Shown here: positions 1 through 12,839 of the stretch, one piece after another
How positions within the stretch are numbered: position 1 is the stretch's first letter
Layout of the letters: the number at the start of each line of letters is the position of its first letter
Source: Lama glama
Taxonomy: Eukaryota
Direction of reading: 5' to 3'
Length of the DNA stretch: 64,000 bases
Assembly (NCBI GenBank): GCA_028534125.1
Contig: CM052816.1
Span: forward strand, 45,882,001 to 45,946,000
The notes under the pieces: model-generated
Told to the model about the DNA's origin: nothing
Seen by the model: only the letters and a program-made list of their open reading frames with translations
The model's database searches: none
Made by a program: the position numbers and the translations under genes

Positions 1-297
1 GGACAGAAAATGCAAGATAGGGAAGCAGAGAATCTCAGCTAATACAGTTGAGTCACCAGAGAGCGCTTGGTTCCTTAAGACAACTTCCCTGATTGTCTTA
101 TGGCTTGAGACCCAGAAACTCAAACACTTTGGGAAAGCAGATTCAGACCTGCTAAGATTGAATAGAATGGAATTCTTAAGAACAGATCATATCTGTCCTC
201 CATAATTTATGGAAATGAAAAGCAAAATGAATTCTGGAATAAGGGCCTTTTTTTGGAATTTGCAAATAACTGAGGTTATATTAATATCTGTGATGGG

Positions 298-410
298 TGG
301 GGTAAAGAGCTAGCTCTAGTTTGTGGGGGCTTTCTTGGTTTAGCACTGAAAGTCTCCTGTCCTGGGAACCCCCTCAGTTCAGGGAAAACTAGGACAGTTG
401 GTCACCCAAG
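298..410. mobile_element. MER81-like hAT-Blackjack MITE
   Basis: Internal TTAGCACTGAAAGTC...GGGAACCCCCTCAG and terminal GGACAGTTGGTCACCC match my recollection of the MER81 consensus. Confidence 0.75.
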
Positions 411-1448
411 AAAGGGATAGGAGAGTAAAGAGACACTTCTCATACACTTTCTTTCATTGGGCTTTCCTTGAATTAAGTGTTTGTCAAGCATTTCATTATC
501 ATATGTTTATGAGTATAGACATACATATTTCCCTTTATTCAATTGATTTTTAAAAAACAGTTTGGTAGGTATATCACTGAAGAGGAGAGGAGGTACAGAA
601 TATTCAAAACCATGGACTCGAACAGCCACTTTCATGTATAAAATGGAACAGTTCCCATTCATAGGAGATTTTTGGAATGTAGGTCAAGGCATACTTAAAA
701 GAGAGACTCACTGGTATTTCCACACTCCAGCTTAGTTAGACACCGTTATTTTCTTAAAATCAGTGTTCTATAATCTGACCTACTTGTGGGCAGAGGTAGG
801 TGTGAATTTGTCTTGAAAAAAAAACCACAGAAAGAATGATCCACCTTGAGAGTTTGTCTTATAGCTCTTTTGACATGGGTTATATGTAGCTATGTTTATA
901 AAGGTTGGCATAGAAACCAAGATGGGAATTTGAGTCTCTCTGGAATTTTGCTTTGATCAATTTAATAAAACATTCATGAAGATACATTTTCTGTGGAGCT
1001 CTTGATTGGGATGAATTGAATTGATGCAATATGCTGTTATAATGCCAGAGGAACTGAGCAATCAATAGTGGGGAAGTACTGGAGCACTGATATTCAGGGT
1101 CCAAAAAGCCAGGACTCAGAAGTAAAACTTGCTTAAGATAGTATCTTATGTAATGCTGTCAGTATAAGAATAGCGAAGGTGATAGGCCTCCAAACTCATG
1201 TGAATTATAGTGTTCCTAAAATGAGGAATATTTCCAAATACCTATGGTAAAAGTGGAGAAGAAAGAAATGAAGAAATGAGTTGAAGCAAAAAGATTATTT
1301 AGTATAGTGTAGTGATTATGCTATTTCCATATACCAGTTCATTCCATCTAATTTATATTTTATATTAGCCTTTTCCATCAAAGAACATCAATCAGTAGCA
1401 ACTCATATAATGCAAAGGCATAACAAAAATGATTTTAACTAGTGCCAT

Positions 1449-1485
1449 AACAAAACAAAACAAAACAAAACAAAACAAAACAAAA
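1449..1485 (+). repeat. (CAAAA)n microsatellite
   Basis: About 7 perfect CAAAA units seen directly. Confidence 0.95.
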
Positions 1486-1489
1486 GTTG

Positions 1490-2240
1490 ATCAGTGCTGT
1501 GAAAGAGGCTCTAATACCAAATGGTGGGGTTAGGAAAAGTTTTGCTGAAGATGTAACTGATGGGACGAACTCTTGAAAGGTGGATAAACTATCAGTGGGA
1601 AGATGGGGAGAATATTTTGGCCAAAGGGAATGGTATTGACAAAAGTTCTGGTTTGGAAGAACACAAGGAAGGATGAGGAATTTTCTGAAATGTAGGATAC
1701 AGTTTGGAGAGAAATGGTGTACAAAGTTAGAAAGACAGGATAGGTTTATGGTAAGGAAGACTTCAAGTGACAGAATGAAGATATGGTACAGTAGGAAATG
1801 GGGGAATCTGATAGATTTTAAGTAAGAGAATGGCATAATTGGTGTCTTGATTTAAAAAAAATTAACCTAGTAAAAATGTGAAGACTGTATTGTGTAAGAG
1901 GAAACCATATGCAGGGAGATTAGTTCAGCAACTCTTATGAGGGTCAAAACAAACAAATAAGTAAAGGTGGCGAAGGATTAGCTGAGAATAGAAGCAATGA
2001 GAATGGAGAGAAAGGATCAGAGGGTCACTGATATTAGTACTTGGCACCTTATGGCTTGTGGGGTGGAAGGAGGAGTAATCTGAATTTTGAACAGTGTGAA
2101 TGAGAGAAAGATTGCTGGTTCAGATAAGCAGAAATATTAGGAGAAAGAATAGATTTTTATTGGGAGAGGTATTGAACATGTTAAATTTGAAAGGACAGTG
2201 AGGTGGTCATGGGTAGTTTTCCTGAAAACAGCTGAGGCTT
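1490..2240 (-). mobile_element. Decayed L2 LINE fragment(s)
   Basis: Purine-rich strand with L2-antisense-type phrases (GATTTTAAGTAAGAGAATGGCATAAT, GGAGAGAAAGGATCAGA, GAACATGTTAAATTTGA). Confidence 0.55.
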
Positions 2241-2980
2241 CTACTGTGCAATTTTTTTCTGAACAAAGACAAAGTCAGAAAAATAATAAAATAATTTTTG
2301 TGGGGAATATATATATATAGATATATGATGTATACATGTATTAAAATATGTTTGCAGCTAAATTATAGTTAAGCATTCTTTTGCTGTTTATTATTATTGG
2401 AGGGTTTTCTTTTTTATTACATAAACTAAATAACACATTTTGTGGGTATTTAGAATTAGTAGTGTAAGGACAAGGGATTTGGAAGATGCAGAAGTATAAA
2501 GTTAATTTGGCATGAAAGTTTAAACTCAACATAAGACTTAAAATAGCCCCTTAAAAGAGAGGTGCTGATTAAAGTGCAGAAGGGGTGGTATCATTAAGGC
2601 TGCTGGTTGGGGAAAGGATTTCTTTGATTGCATAAAATGTGATGGCATGGTCAGAAGTGGGAGGAGCGTATGGATTCTCATTACTGTATGAAAGACTGAA
2701 TGCACATTTTAGCTACTGATGCATCTATTATCAAGAGGGAACATATATGCTGTGTCACTTTTCATAGAGGGGAACAAGTGTGAGAGTCTTCTGAAATCTT
2801 TACTGCAGGATCTGCTTCTCTTTTGTATCTTTGCAATATACTGTCTAATGATTTCTAAATGAAACCCTAAAAACATCCTCACCAGCAGTCAGCTCTTTTT
2901 ATAGCTAAGCCCTGTAGCAGTGGCATATTTTCTACCTCTGTCAGTGGTTGTGATGATGGTGGATCTCTTGGCTGGGGAAC

Positions 2981-3355
2981 TGTGTTAGAAAGGATAGGCT
3001 AGTCTATGCTGCAGTAACAAATAGACCCTATATTCTCAGTGGCTTAACACAACAAATTTTGGTGAAGGGCAGCAGAACTTTTTTCCCAAACAGTGACTTA
3101 AAGATCCAGGTTCACTTCATTTTGTGCCTGCACCATACCAACACATGGCTTCCAAAAGGGTCATCAAAGGGGAGAAGAGAGATTTAGAGGAGGCAATGTG
3201 CTCTAAACTGCCTCAGCCTGCAAGTGATTCATGTCACTTCTGCTTAGAGCCCTTCGGAGGCTGAAACTAATAGTATAGGTTTAATCTAACTGTAAGGGAG
3301 GCTGAGAAATGTAGAGGGCCTTATGGGTATTTGATAAGTAAGTGTTTCTGCCACA
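2981..3355 (-). mobile_element. MaLR LTR (MLT1 family)
   Basis: TG...CA bounded 375 bp; GGATAGGCTAGTCTATGCTGCAGTAACAAA, CTCAGTGGCTTAACACAACA and AACTGTAAGGGAGGCTGAGAAATGTAG are typical antisense MLT1 motifs. Confidence 0.75.
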
Positions 3356-4300
3356 ATTCAACCTTCCAGTCATAAAATAGGTCCTTGGTCCTTTTATCCC
3401 ACTCATAGAACAAACTCAACTCCTCCCCAGGGAGACAATCTAAAATGTGTTCAATCATTGAATCCAACTCAATGTCCAGGAACTCTGGGTTCATGATAGC
3501 TTCTGAATTAGGTCTATTTCTGTCTTCACTTTCTTCTAGTGAAGAACCACTCACATCTTTCAGATTTCTTCTTTTCTAGAGTCCCACAAACTTAAAGATA
3601 AATCGTATCTGTCCTCTCCCCCAAACTCAACAATGGAATACTCTAGTTAGGAAAGGGGAAGGATTGGATATAATCCACAGCCCTTGGTTCATGCCAAGTA
3701 CGAAGTCCCTCCTTACAGGTTTAGTGGAGCCCCTCTACCTTGAGTGGGTAGAGAGTTGGTCAGGGAAGGGGTGGGAACTTCCTTAATTAGGTCATGATTC
3801 TCCTCTTTCCTTTGTCTTTTTTTCTCGGCGGTCACATGTGAAGTGGATTCTGAGGAATGTACCTTCTTTAACTTTAACTTTAGCACCTTATTCTCAGCTC
3901 ATATCTTGCTCTTGGAAGGATGGAAGGCAAAGAGCTGTTTTAAGTCTTGAGCAGACAGATGGTTTTTCAACCAGTCATGTAATTTCTTTGGCAATACAGT
4001 AGCTTTACAAACTTAATAGATTTCATATCTATTGTTTCCAGTAAGTTTCATGTTCCAGAAACCCATCCCAAATTCTTCTTTTTAGACAGTGCCTGGTAAT
4101 CTGGTATATGTCTTTGTTTCTAATACCTTTTCCTCTCTCAACTTTATAGTGGGAACTTTGAGGCTATTAGTCATGAATTAAAAGGCCACATCCTTAATTT
4201 GATCTTTGTAGTGAACCACTTTATTAACTCAAAATGTTTGCCTTGTCATAAATTAGAGGCTATGCATATGTCCTGGCACAAGTTTTAGAAGAGACAGTGG
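3356..4300 (-). mobile_element. MaLR internal (MLT1-int-like) remnant adjoining the LTR
   Basis: Directly abuts the LTR; ACTCAACTCCTCCCCAGGGAGACAATC...CAACTCAATGTCCAGG resembles the MLT1-int 3' end; right boundary uncertain. Confidence 0.5.
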
Positions 4301-4317
4301 CTTGGAATTATCTACAT

Positions 4318-4528
4318 TCATGGTTCTCAGTGCCTTCTAGGGGAAATTATCAGGGTCTGGTTGCATTATTTATGTTTATGACTAGGGGGATAGATAATGC
4401 GAGTGCTACTAGTGTTTAGTGAGTAGACGCAAGGAATGCTGCTAAACATTGTACAGTGCACAGGGCAGCCCCACGCAACAAAGGATTATCTGACCCAAGA
4501 TGTCAGGAGTGTCAAGGTTGAGAACCCC
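4318..4528 (+). mobile_element. MER20 (hAT-Charlie) DNA transposon
   Basis: TGGTTCTCA start; GCTGCTAAACATTGTACAGTGCACAGGGCAGCCCC...ACAAAGGATTATCTGACCCAAGATGTCA...GGTTGAGAACCC end. Confidence 0.85.
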
Positions 4529-4825
4529 ACCTCCCACCACACAGATGTATTCCAGGATCTCCTACCCTCAGTTACTCCAGAATTTTTCAGCAGTTTTTAG
4601 ATACATTGACAGAACCACTCACCTCTTTCAGATTTCTTTGGGATATCCAGGATTAGTGTTCTAGCAGATAAAGCCAGTATCCAGTGATAGTTTACAATTT
4701 TGGAAGAAACCAGCCCAGCAATACTTATTTTATGTACTTTGGTATAGATATATGATACATGTCTTTAACACAATTCCAAGTCCACAGCAGCTCCCGAACA
4801 ATATTTCAGAATAAGCTTTTCCCAG

Positions 4826-5013
4826 TGTTCTTTTTCCTTATCCCTCCCTCTCTCTTTCTCTCTCTCTTTCTCTCTCTTTTTCTCTCTCTTTTTCTCTCTT
4901 TCTCTCTCTCTTTCTTTTCTTTCTTTCTTTTCTTTCTTTCTCTCTTTCTCTCTCTCTTTCTTTCTTTTTCTTGTTCTTCTTCTTCCTCCTCTTCCTCCTT
5001 TTCTACCTCTTCC
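4826..5013 (+). repeat. Pyrimidine (CT/CTTT/CTT) low-complexity tract
   Basis: About 190 bp almost entirely C/T; source of the spurious SLFL-repeat ORF. Confidence 0.95.
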
Positions 5014-6779
5014 TATAAAAGGGAGGCTTCTCCATTATTCCAGTGTTTAGCTTGTCCTTTAGAACAAATAAGAAGTATAAAAGCTTGGCCAAATAAGTCT
5101 TTCTGGAAAGTGAAAATCTTAATGGTAAAATTCTAGAAATCTAATTGACCAAATGCAGTGGTGATTATGGGTGAAAGTAAATAATGAAGCAAAAATTTCT
5201 ATAGTTTTCATAAGAGATAATATAATAATGTATTTCTGGGAAGTTAGTAGCATTTCTGATATATTTTTATTTCTTTTCTTGAAATGGTTTAGAGCAACTG
5301 ATAATCAGCATTTTCTTTAAAAGAACTAATATTGTTCTGGAAGGTTAACTTCATTTTAGTGTACTACTAAATGAAAAACACCAGAAAAGAGCCATAAAAT
5401 GAACTATTCTCTATTAATAATTTATTCCTTAAAGTTACTAATTTTATCTGTAAAAATGTGCCTTTTGAGTTAGAGGATTTATGTCATCTCGGCCTTTTCA
5501 TCCATCATTAATATTCCCTCCATTTGCTGCTGCTATTAGTGGTATCTTTTTCCTCCTGGTGCTCATCTTACCTGTAGAGAGAAGGAATGCTTCAAGGAAA
5601 TGCCCTTGGAGTAATTTCTCTAATTCTCAAGGCACATCTTCATAATAGTCACAAACTGACGTAGCTCAATAAATAAAAGGGGAGATTAATTACAATCTGT
5701 TACATTTCTTGCACTGCCTGTGCCTTATTTCCATTTTGCCTGTTTTGATAGTTTTAGATTTGAGGGACATGGATTATCAGTTGTTTTAAGTGATATATTT
5801 ATTTTTACAAAGAAAAGCAACTAAAATTTACAGAAATTGTCCATTTTTAAATAAATGAGAATTTCACAAGCAGAATGCCAGATTGTTCACCTTTTCCTTT
5901 GCCCTAACATCAAACTATTCTATTGTATGTCTTTTTTGTAGTTATGAGTAATACCCCAAATATTTTATAGCACAGTGATGAGTCACAAAGTAGAAGAACT
6001 ATAAATACTGTTGTTCTTGACAAACAATGAAGCTATCTATTTTTTTCACATTCACCCACCTCATCTGCTGTTTCATTTTAGGTTAAGCTTTTTAAAAAAC
6101 AACTCTTTTCTACTTTAAACATTTAATTTCCAATACAAGTTATGTTTTCTAGTAAACTGTTTCATCTTATCTGATGCTTCCTAAATGTACCTAAATCTAG
6201 CTCATCATGCATTGCTAGCTTCACCTAATCACACAGGTCTGAATTACTCCATTCCTATTTAAAGAAAAAGAACAAAAAGTAAGAATGGCAGATGTGTTTA
6301 TAATTAATATCCTACTGGGTTAATCAACAGAGCCAAGGAAATGCTTTGAGACTTTAGAAAATCTCAGAAAATCACTGCCTTGATCTATAGACCTCTCTTT
6401 AAACACATACGTACAACTCTTAAGAGTGTTTGGAAGATGTGATCCTTGCAAATAGGGTAGTAAATAATATTGTCACAAACTTGTCTCTTAGAATAACCTA
6501 ATGTCATGCTTAATTTTGACAATTTCAATGAGGCATTTACGTTTAAAATTTATAGCCAATACTATATGCAAGTGCATTCAAAATTTCTTGAAGGTTTTTC
6601 AAAAAAATTTGAAGTACAGCTCTTCTAAATCTAAATACAAACAAGATAGGCTTTTTAAAAGTGTATAGTTTGGAACTGTTGAATTGTTGAGTACTTCTGA
6701 AGGCAAGGACATAAGAGGTGTGGTAATTCATTGAAGCAGGGGAAGAAGGGAGAGGGGGTGATTTATAGGAAAAACTCAG

Positions 6780-6960
6780 TCTTTACAGTGAGACAACCCT
6801 GAGTTGAAAACTCAGTCTCCTACTGTGTAGATTCCTCAATTACCTAAGAGCTCTGCTCGTTGGTTGCTTCATTTATAAATGATGAATAAAAAATACCTCT
6901 GTTTTAGGGGCTGAAGTGTTAAATAAGATGGAGCAATGCTTGGGACATTAAAACATGCTA
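6780..6960 (+). mobile_element. MIR SINE, degenerate
   Basis: CCCTGAGTTGAAAACTCAGTCTCC...CTTCATTTATAAATGATGAATAAAAAATACCT core-like motifs. Confidence 0.55.
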
Positions 6961-7879
6961 AATTTAAAAGTTCAGTTTCCTGGAGAATATGAAACTCTCA
7001 TTGTAAAAACACTGTAGCATATAAAAAGCTAAATTTTTAGCTATAGCATGGTTTGCATTTCGCTTTTGGAGTTAATGTATTCAGGTATGTGCCTAGCACA
7101 TGGTGGGTTGAATGAGAAGATGTTGGCTTAAACAGAAATCTTGGAGTTTAAGTAGGAATTTAGTAAAAGGGAAAAGAAAACAGAATGGGAAGAGGTTTAT
7201 CAATTATCTCTTGACTATCTTTAAATCTAGGATTTGTGAAGTATTTTCTGTAAGCAGGAGGATACACTGCGTGATCATTTTAGGCTTACTGTGCCTTGAT
7301 AATTACGTTTCAAATACTTTCATTTTGTGTTTGACTAGTCAAGGCATTAACTTCTCTACAACCTAGTTTTTCTGTTAAGAATGATAATATTGACAGTTAT
7401 TCTGAGTCAGAGTATTTATATCATCTCAGTCTCTGAGGGAGGTCAGGGGAGTGGGAAGGTGAAGAGTTGGGTGCTGATACCCCACCATGTAGGTTAAAGG
7501 CCCGTGATGCTGAGCATCCTGATGTGTTTGCCTAGCAAGTGTCCTCATGCCAGAGGGTGTAGGACATTACATAGTAAATAAAAATACCACTACAAGTTGA
7601 AAGAGATTGAAGGGAAGGACAAAATGTGTTATAATTGAGTACTTGAAACTGCATTCCCCACCCCTAGTTTTTAAAACGAGGGCTCCAAATTTTCGTTTTG
7701 TAACAGGCCTTCAAATTGTGCAGCTAAATCTGACACATCTGGCTGAACCTTCAGATGCTTAGTGATTCAGTCTGACCTGCTGCACCTTCCTTTCCGGCTG
7801 CATTTGGTAGAAGTCATCTTCCTTACACTGCCTTCCATCCTCATTGACTGTCTGTCTCTCTAACATGTTTATTTCTGTT

Positions 7880-8240
7880 TTTGACCTCAGGAACTTTATA
7901 CTTCCTGTTGCTGCCTCCCAGTGTACCCTTCCTCTCCCTTGTCCCTCATTTCTCAGCCAAAGTACTATTTTTTTTTTCAGGAAATTCCCTCCAAGCACTG
8001 TAATTGATGGAACCTCTCTTCCACACTAGCTTTTTTTTTTCCCCCATCACACCTCCTTCTTTTATTTCCCTTATAAAATGTAACTACTATCTGCTTGTTT
8101 ATTTATTTTGTTTAATCAAATGTAAAATTCCATGAAGAGACATCATGTTGGTATCATTCAGTATGATACACTTATACTAATGGGTAGAAAAGGTCCTAGC
8201 ACATAGTAGGTGTACAATCATTTCTCATTAAATAAATAGC
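7880..8240 (+). mobile_element. L2 3' end
   Basis: Ends CCTAGCACATAGTAGGTGTACAATCATTT...AAATAAAT; upstream AATGTAAAATTCCATGAAGAGA. Confidence 0.65.
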
Positions 8241-9324
8241 ATGCTATTTATTCATCCTAAACAGTTATAGAAGATCTACTCTGACAAAAACACTAGGATA
8301 TGACAGGGATATTAATACGTCTCTTCTAGTAGTCTTTAATCCAGCCAGAAGATGGAAGCAGATAGACAATTGGAAATAGTACAAAATAACTTGAATGGTC
8401 AAGTTAGTTAATTAAAGTTAGTTAATTAAAATTAATGTTACAAAATACCATCTAATTTCTTGTGTAGCAACAGAATAGAGTGGTTTGGAAAAGTGTAGGA
8501 CCCACAAGACTGCAGGAAACCCAGTTTCTGTATGGCTGTATTCACAGCAGGGAGGGCAGATATTCAGGGAGAACAGGTATTGAGAATCTTACGCTGGGGG
8601 CACTAATCATAAGTTTAAAGGCTTGTGGTAGCAGAATGGTTAAAGAGGACTTTGTTTCCAAAAATTCCTTCTGAGAGTGAGAAGAGATCAAGTAAATTGA
8701 TCTCTAAGAAAGGGGATAGAGTTTCAGTCTCCAGGTATGTGAAAAATAACTCAGTTGTAAAAGGTCACTGCTTATCTCAAGGCCTTGGGTGTATATTTCG
8801 TGTGTCAGTGCTTCCTAACAAGATGCCAGACTCAGCCTTGGTGACCTCTCAAACCTCCATGGTCTATCTGTTGATCCTACTGTAAACTCTTTGCTTTAGA
8901 ATTTATTTCTGCCTCTTTGAAGTTGACCTATGCAGATTGTCTCTTTTTTCCTGAGCCTTTTTCCTATCAAAGCAGCTCTCTCTTCAGGTATCCATAGATC
9001 CACACCCATAGGTCCACCAGTCTTGAGGCCCTGAATCTCTACGTAACAATGCCACCAGTTTCCCTTTTATCTGAGGAAAGAAGCAGGTACACCCAGAAGA
9101 TTGGCTAAGATGTGAAGAGGTGGAAAGGCAATGATTTTGAAATTATCAGGCAGAATTTCAGTGTCCATTTTCAGTTCCAGTTTGATGCAGCAGACAAGTA
9201 ATAGATTTTAGGAAGAAAATCCTACAATCCAGAATTTTGGAATCAGGCAACCAGTAAACTAAATTATGGCCATTGATTCCAGAAATAAAAAGCCACACAC
9301 TCTTTGTTTTGATTTTTAGGCATT

Positions 9325-9740
9325 TTCTTAAGTCAGTTTCTCTAGAAGTAGAGCATTACCTAAGGCAGTGCCTAAAACTAGGAAAGAGAGTATGTGTTCA
9401 GGAGAAATTGCTACATGACTGAGAGAGGAGGACAGGGAAAGTGAAAAAACTAGGCAAAGACATGTTTTCAACTTTAGCTTAACCCCTCAGGGAAGCACTG
9501 GGGCGCAAATTGCATCAAAGTCTGTCCCACATTGAGGAAGTAGGACTTCTGTATCCACATTAGTTACTCACTAGCTCAGAGTAGTGGGGTGTTTCTCTCA
9601 GGTACCTCCAGTTAGGTGATTCTAAAACCTTGTAAGATTATCTGCCTGAGGGTGTTCAAGATAGGCGCTATCAGCAGCAGCACTAACAGCAGCAGGTAAT
9701 AAGGATCCTGTGTATCTGAGAGGGCAACCAGTAATGTCTT
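9325..9740. mobile_element. ERVL-class LTR (LTR16/LTR33-like), degenerate
   Basis: CTTAAGTCAGTTTCTCTAGAAGTAGAGC start and CCTCAGGGAAGCACTGGGGCGCAAATTGCATC resemble the element at 58.9-59.3 kb. Confidence 0.45.
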
Positions 9741-10569
9741 TAATGGGCATCCAGCTGATAGAAGTAGATAAAGATGCAGCTAAGTAATTGCATCCAGAGA
9801 GCAGAGTCTTCAAAACCTCTGGTAGTTGTCCATTTCAGAAGAGCCAAAATACAATCAGAAATAGAGGAGCGCCCATGCACGTATTAAATTCTGTAGATGG
9901 ACCCAGGGAAACAAACTAATGAGCTTGGGCAGGTAGATACTAGAAAACTTTGACCCCCAGATTTATTAGATTTGTAGAAACTAATTGCAATGACTTACTT
10001 CAGCATACAAAGGGTAGTGAGAAATTGAGTCAAGGGAGTAAGACATCCACAAGAATAGTTCTCTATTATTCATTTATGTATTTAAGCAGGAATTTATAGA
10101 TTGAAAATATATTTGGCATTGCTGTGATCCCCTGGCATCACATGGTATATCACTATGAACAGGAAATTTTGGCTTAATTTCACCTTATTGCATACACAAT
10201 TTATCACTTTTGTGCATATCATGAAATTTCAGATTCTCTTTGAATAGGACTGTGAAAAGATGCACACAGAGAAAATTTATTCCTGAAAAGAACAAAAGTA
10301 GTTCATTTCAGAAAACTTTGGCTCTAAGTGATCTGTGTAAACATTTAATATTTTTAAAAAGTCACCACTCATTGGATGAGGAGTAAGATGTTTCTTTGTA
10401 GTAGCTATTCAAACCAACCATTCAATAAATGGCTGCATCAGAACTTTCTGAAAAACAATGTCACAGACTAAGGGACAAGTTTAAAGGATGGACCAGAAGA
10501 ACATACAACATTTGATCATAGCCTTGGCTGGTATTTGTAGTACTGAGCACACTGAAGGCATTGTGTTTT

Positions 10570-10765
10570 TGAAAGAGGGTACCCTTTGGATTCAGACACA
10601 ATTGGTTTTAAATTGTAGCTTGATTGCTTATATGTTTGTATTATTTTGAGTAAGTTACTTTTAAACTCTCTGAGTTCACTATCCTCATCTGTTCAATGGC
10701 CCTTGACAAGTTTTTATGAGGATAGAGTGATATATATGCAGTACCTGACATACAGTCAGAAATTG
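10570..10765 (+). mobile_element. MIR SINE
   Basis: TTTGAGTAAGTTACTTTTAAACTCTCTGAGTTCACTATCCTCATCTGTTCAATGG core; TGAGGATAGAGTGATATA tail. Confidence 0.75.
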
Positions 10766-11699
10766 TTAGAACTCTCTCTCTCCCATTCCCTGATACTTGA
10801 GGTCTTATACCTCTGCTCCACAAGGTTAATTCCATCTTTACTCTAAATCAGTCATCCTATCTCTGTTGGTGGCAGAAGTTGTACAGCAGCCTCCATCTTG
10901 GAATCAGTGACTATCAAGTGGAGGATGAGCAAGGCTAGATTCTTGAGCACTCCAGGTTGGTGTGTGAGTGGACAAAGGGGGAGCAAGTGGATGGAGGGCA
11001 CCCAAAGGTTAAGGATATAGTGTGTGGGGGGGGAACACTGTGATTCCCAGTGAAACAGCATAAAATATCCATGGATTCATACATAATACATTCCTTAAAC
11101 ACATAATAGAGTCATAAAGTAAAAAAAAAAAAGACTTACATGTTATACAGTTCCCTTTTTCCCCTGAGATCTAAAAAATATGATATAATCTCTAATTATA
11201 CCTTGCCATTTATACACAATCTTCAACAGTTTATTTCTAGCATTTTATATGGTGTTCTTAATCTTATATTTTTTCTTTATAATTGGAGTATAGTTGACTG
11301 GGCTTAGCGCTAATAAGAGCCTGATTGGGGTTAAAGAGGTACCATAATGGGAATATGTAATGATTTCTTTGTTTCAACTGTATTAAGCTTATGAGACCTA
11401 TGATTTTTATCACTATTATCAGCATTTTCAATGTTCATTTTCCACTCATTTTGGCAAACTAATAAGGGCAAAGAGCAAAAAAAATTCAAATAATTACATA
11501 AATCCTGCTCTTGCAGACAAAGATGGCATGACTGCCCAAACAGAACTCTTGGCTGTCAGGCGGTGCCACCACACATTAGTGCAAAATGTTCGTTGATCTG
11601 TGGATGTATGAAAGTCTGGATTTGGCATACAAAAGGCACTTTGGAGTGTCGATGTATAATGCATGAAAGTGTTGGCTGTTGAGAAGCTGAAAATATGAA

Positions 11700-12030
11700 A
11701 GTCAGGGACAGCCTGTATGTATATGAACAAAGAAAAGGAAACAGATATAATAAACTATGGCTGACTTTGTTCTGTAGGTATTAAGGAAGACTTCTGAGTG
11801 GAGGTAGTTTTGAGTACAGTCCTTAGAGGTGAGTGGAGTTGGATCAGGGATTGGCCCGCAATCTACATATGCTATCATCTTGAAACTGTCAAGGAACATG
11901 GCGTATTCAGGAAGATGAGTGCAGAACATAGAATGTAGAATGAGATATGAGGAAGTTAGTTTGGAAACAGTTTGAAGAGCCCTGCTTGCTATGTCAAGGA
12001 GTTTGTACTTTACTATGTAGGTCAACAGGT
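11700..12030 (-). mobile_element. L2 fragment
   Basis: TAAGGAAGACTTCTGAGTGGAGGTAGTTTTGAG and GTCAAGGAGTTTGTACTTTACT are L2-antisense-type motifs. Confidence 0.55.
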
Positions 12031-12034
12031 TTTT

Positions 12035-12281
12035 CATGGTTTTGAAAATGAATTTAAAAGTTAGGTGATTTCTATTAAAAAAAATTCGGATTTCATGTTT
12101 TTCTTTAGGAAGAACAATACTGAGCCTCAGTTCCTATGAGGCAATATTTGACTTGGACAGTTTGGATGCTGCCTTTTCCATATAGAGCTTCTACTGCCTA
12201 GCTTTTTGCTTTCCCTTGGCAGGATTCACTCATCTAAATGAACTGCCTGGCCTGGATAGGCATTTAAGTTTATGGGCCCTG
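12035..12281. mobile_element. MER102-like hAT-Charlie element inserted in L2
   Basis: AAATTCGGATTTCATGTTTTTCTT and terminal ACTGCCTGGCCTGGATAGGCATTTAAGTTTATGGGCCCTG. Confidence 0.6.
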
Positions 12282-12839
12282 AATGTAATGGGGACCATCG
12301 GATGCTTGCAAAGATAAGAATGATCATCAGAGAAAATCTATTTCAAGTTTTTATCCTAAGTTTGGTACTCTGTGAGTCTCTGTACAGTAGAAATATAGGG
12401 AGATCTAGGAACCACAAGGAAGGTGAGGTAGGTTTGCTGGAGAGAGAGAGATGATTTGGAAATTTCAAGTGAGAGGTGGAGAAGATCTGAGTATCTTCTG
12501 TATTTTTGTGAATTCCACAGCAGTAGACAAATTGCCTTGCATTTGCTAAGTACTCAATAAATGTTTGTTGTATTAACATTTGGTGATAAACTTTTAATCA
12601 CCTTGTGGACTTCTTGCAGTCTTTGGGCCCTAGCTTATCATTTACTAAGTGCACATAAGGAAGCAGATTCCAGTGACAGCTCTAGAAACCAACACTAGAG
12701 ATTTTGTTTAAATTGTTTTTGTGTTTGACATGATACAGATCAATGCATTATTGAATCTTTTCCATTTTCTTATTCTGTCTGCTTTTACATATTACCTTAG
12801 GAGTCAGTTGTATTGAATATGTGAGAATTAATAAAACTA

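Noticed and set aside
1435..1836. 133-aa minus-strand ORF
   Set aside because: Lies in a decayed L2 and ends in the CAAAA microsatellite (FCFVL repeats); no protein-like features
4759..5136. 125-aa ORF with SLFL and poly-S runs
   Set aside because: Translation of a CT-rich simple repeat
8401..8428. AAGTTAGTTAATTA tandem duplicate
   Set aside because: Short AT-rich slippage duplication with no further structure
11261..11300. T-rich tract plus AATTGGAGTATAGTTGAC, resembling an antisense L1 3' tip
   Set aside because: Too short to call and no TSD found; only a weak taxonomic hint
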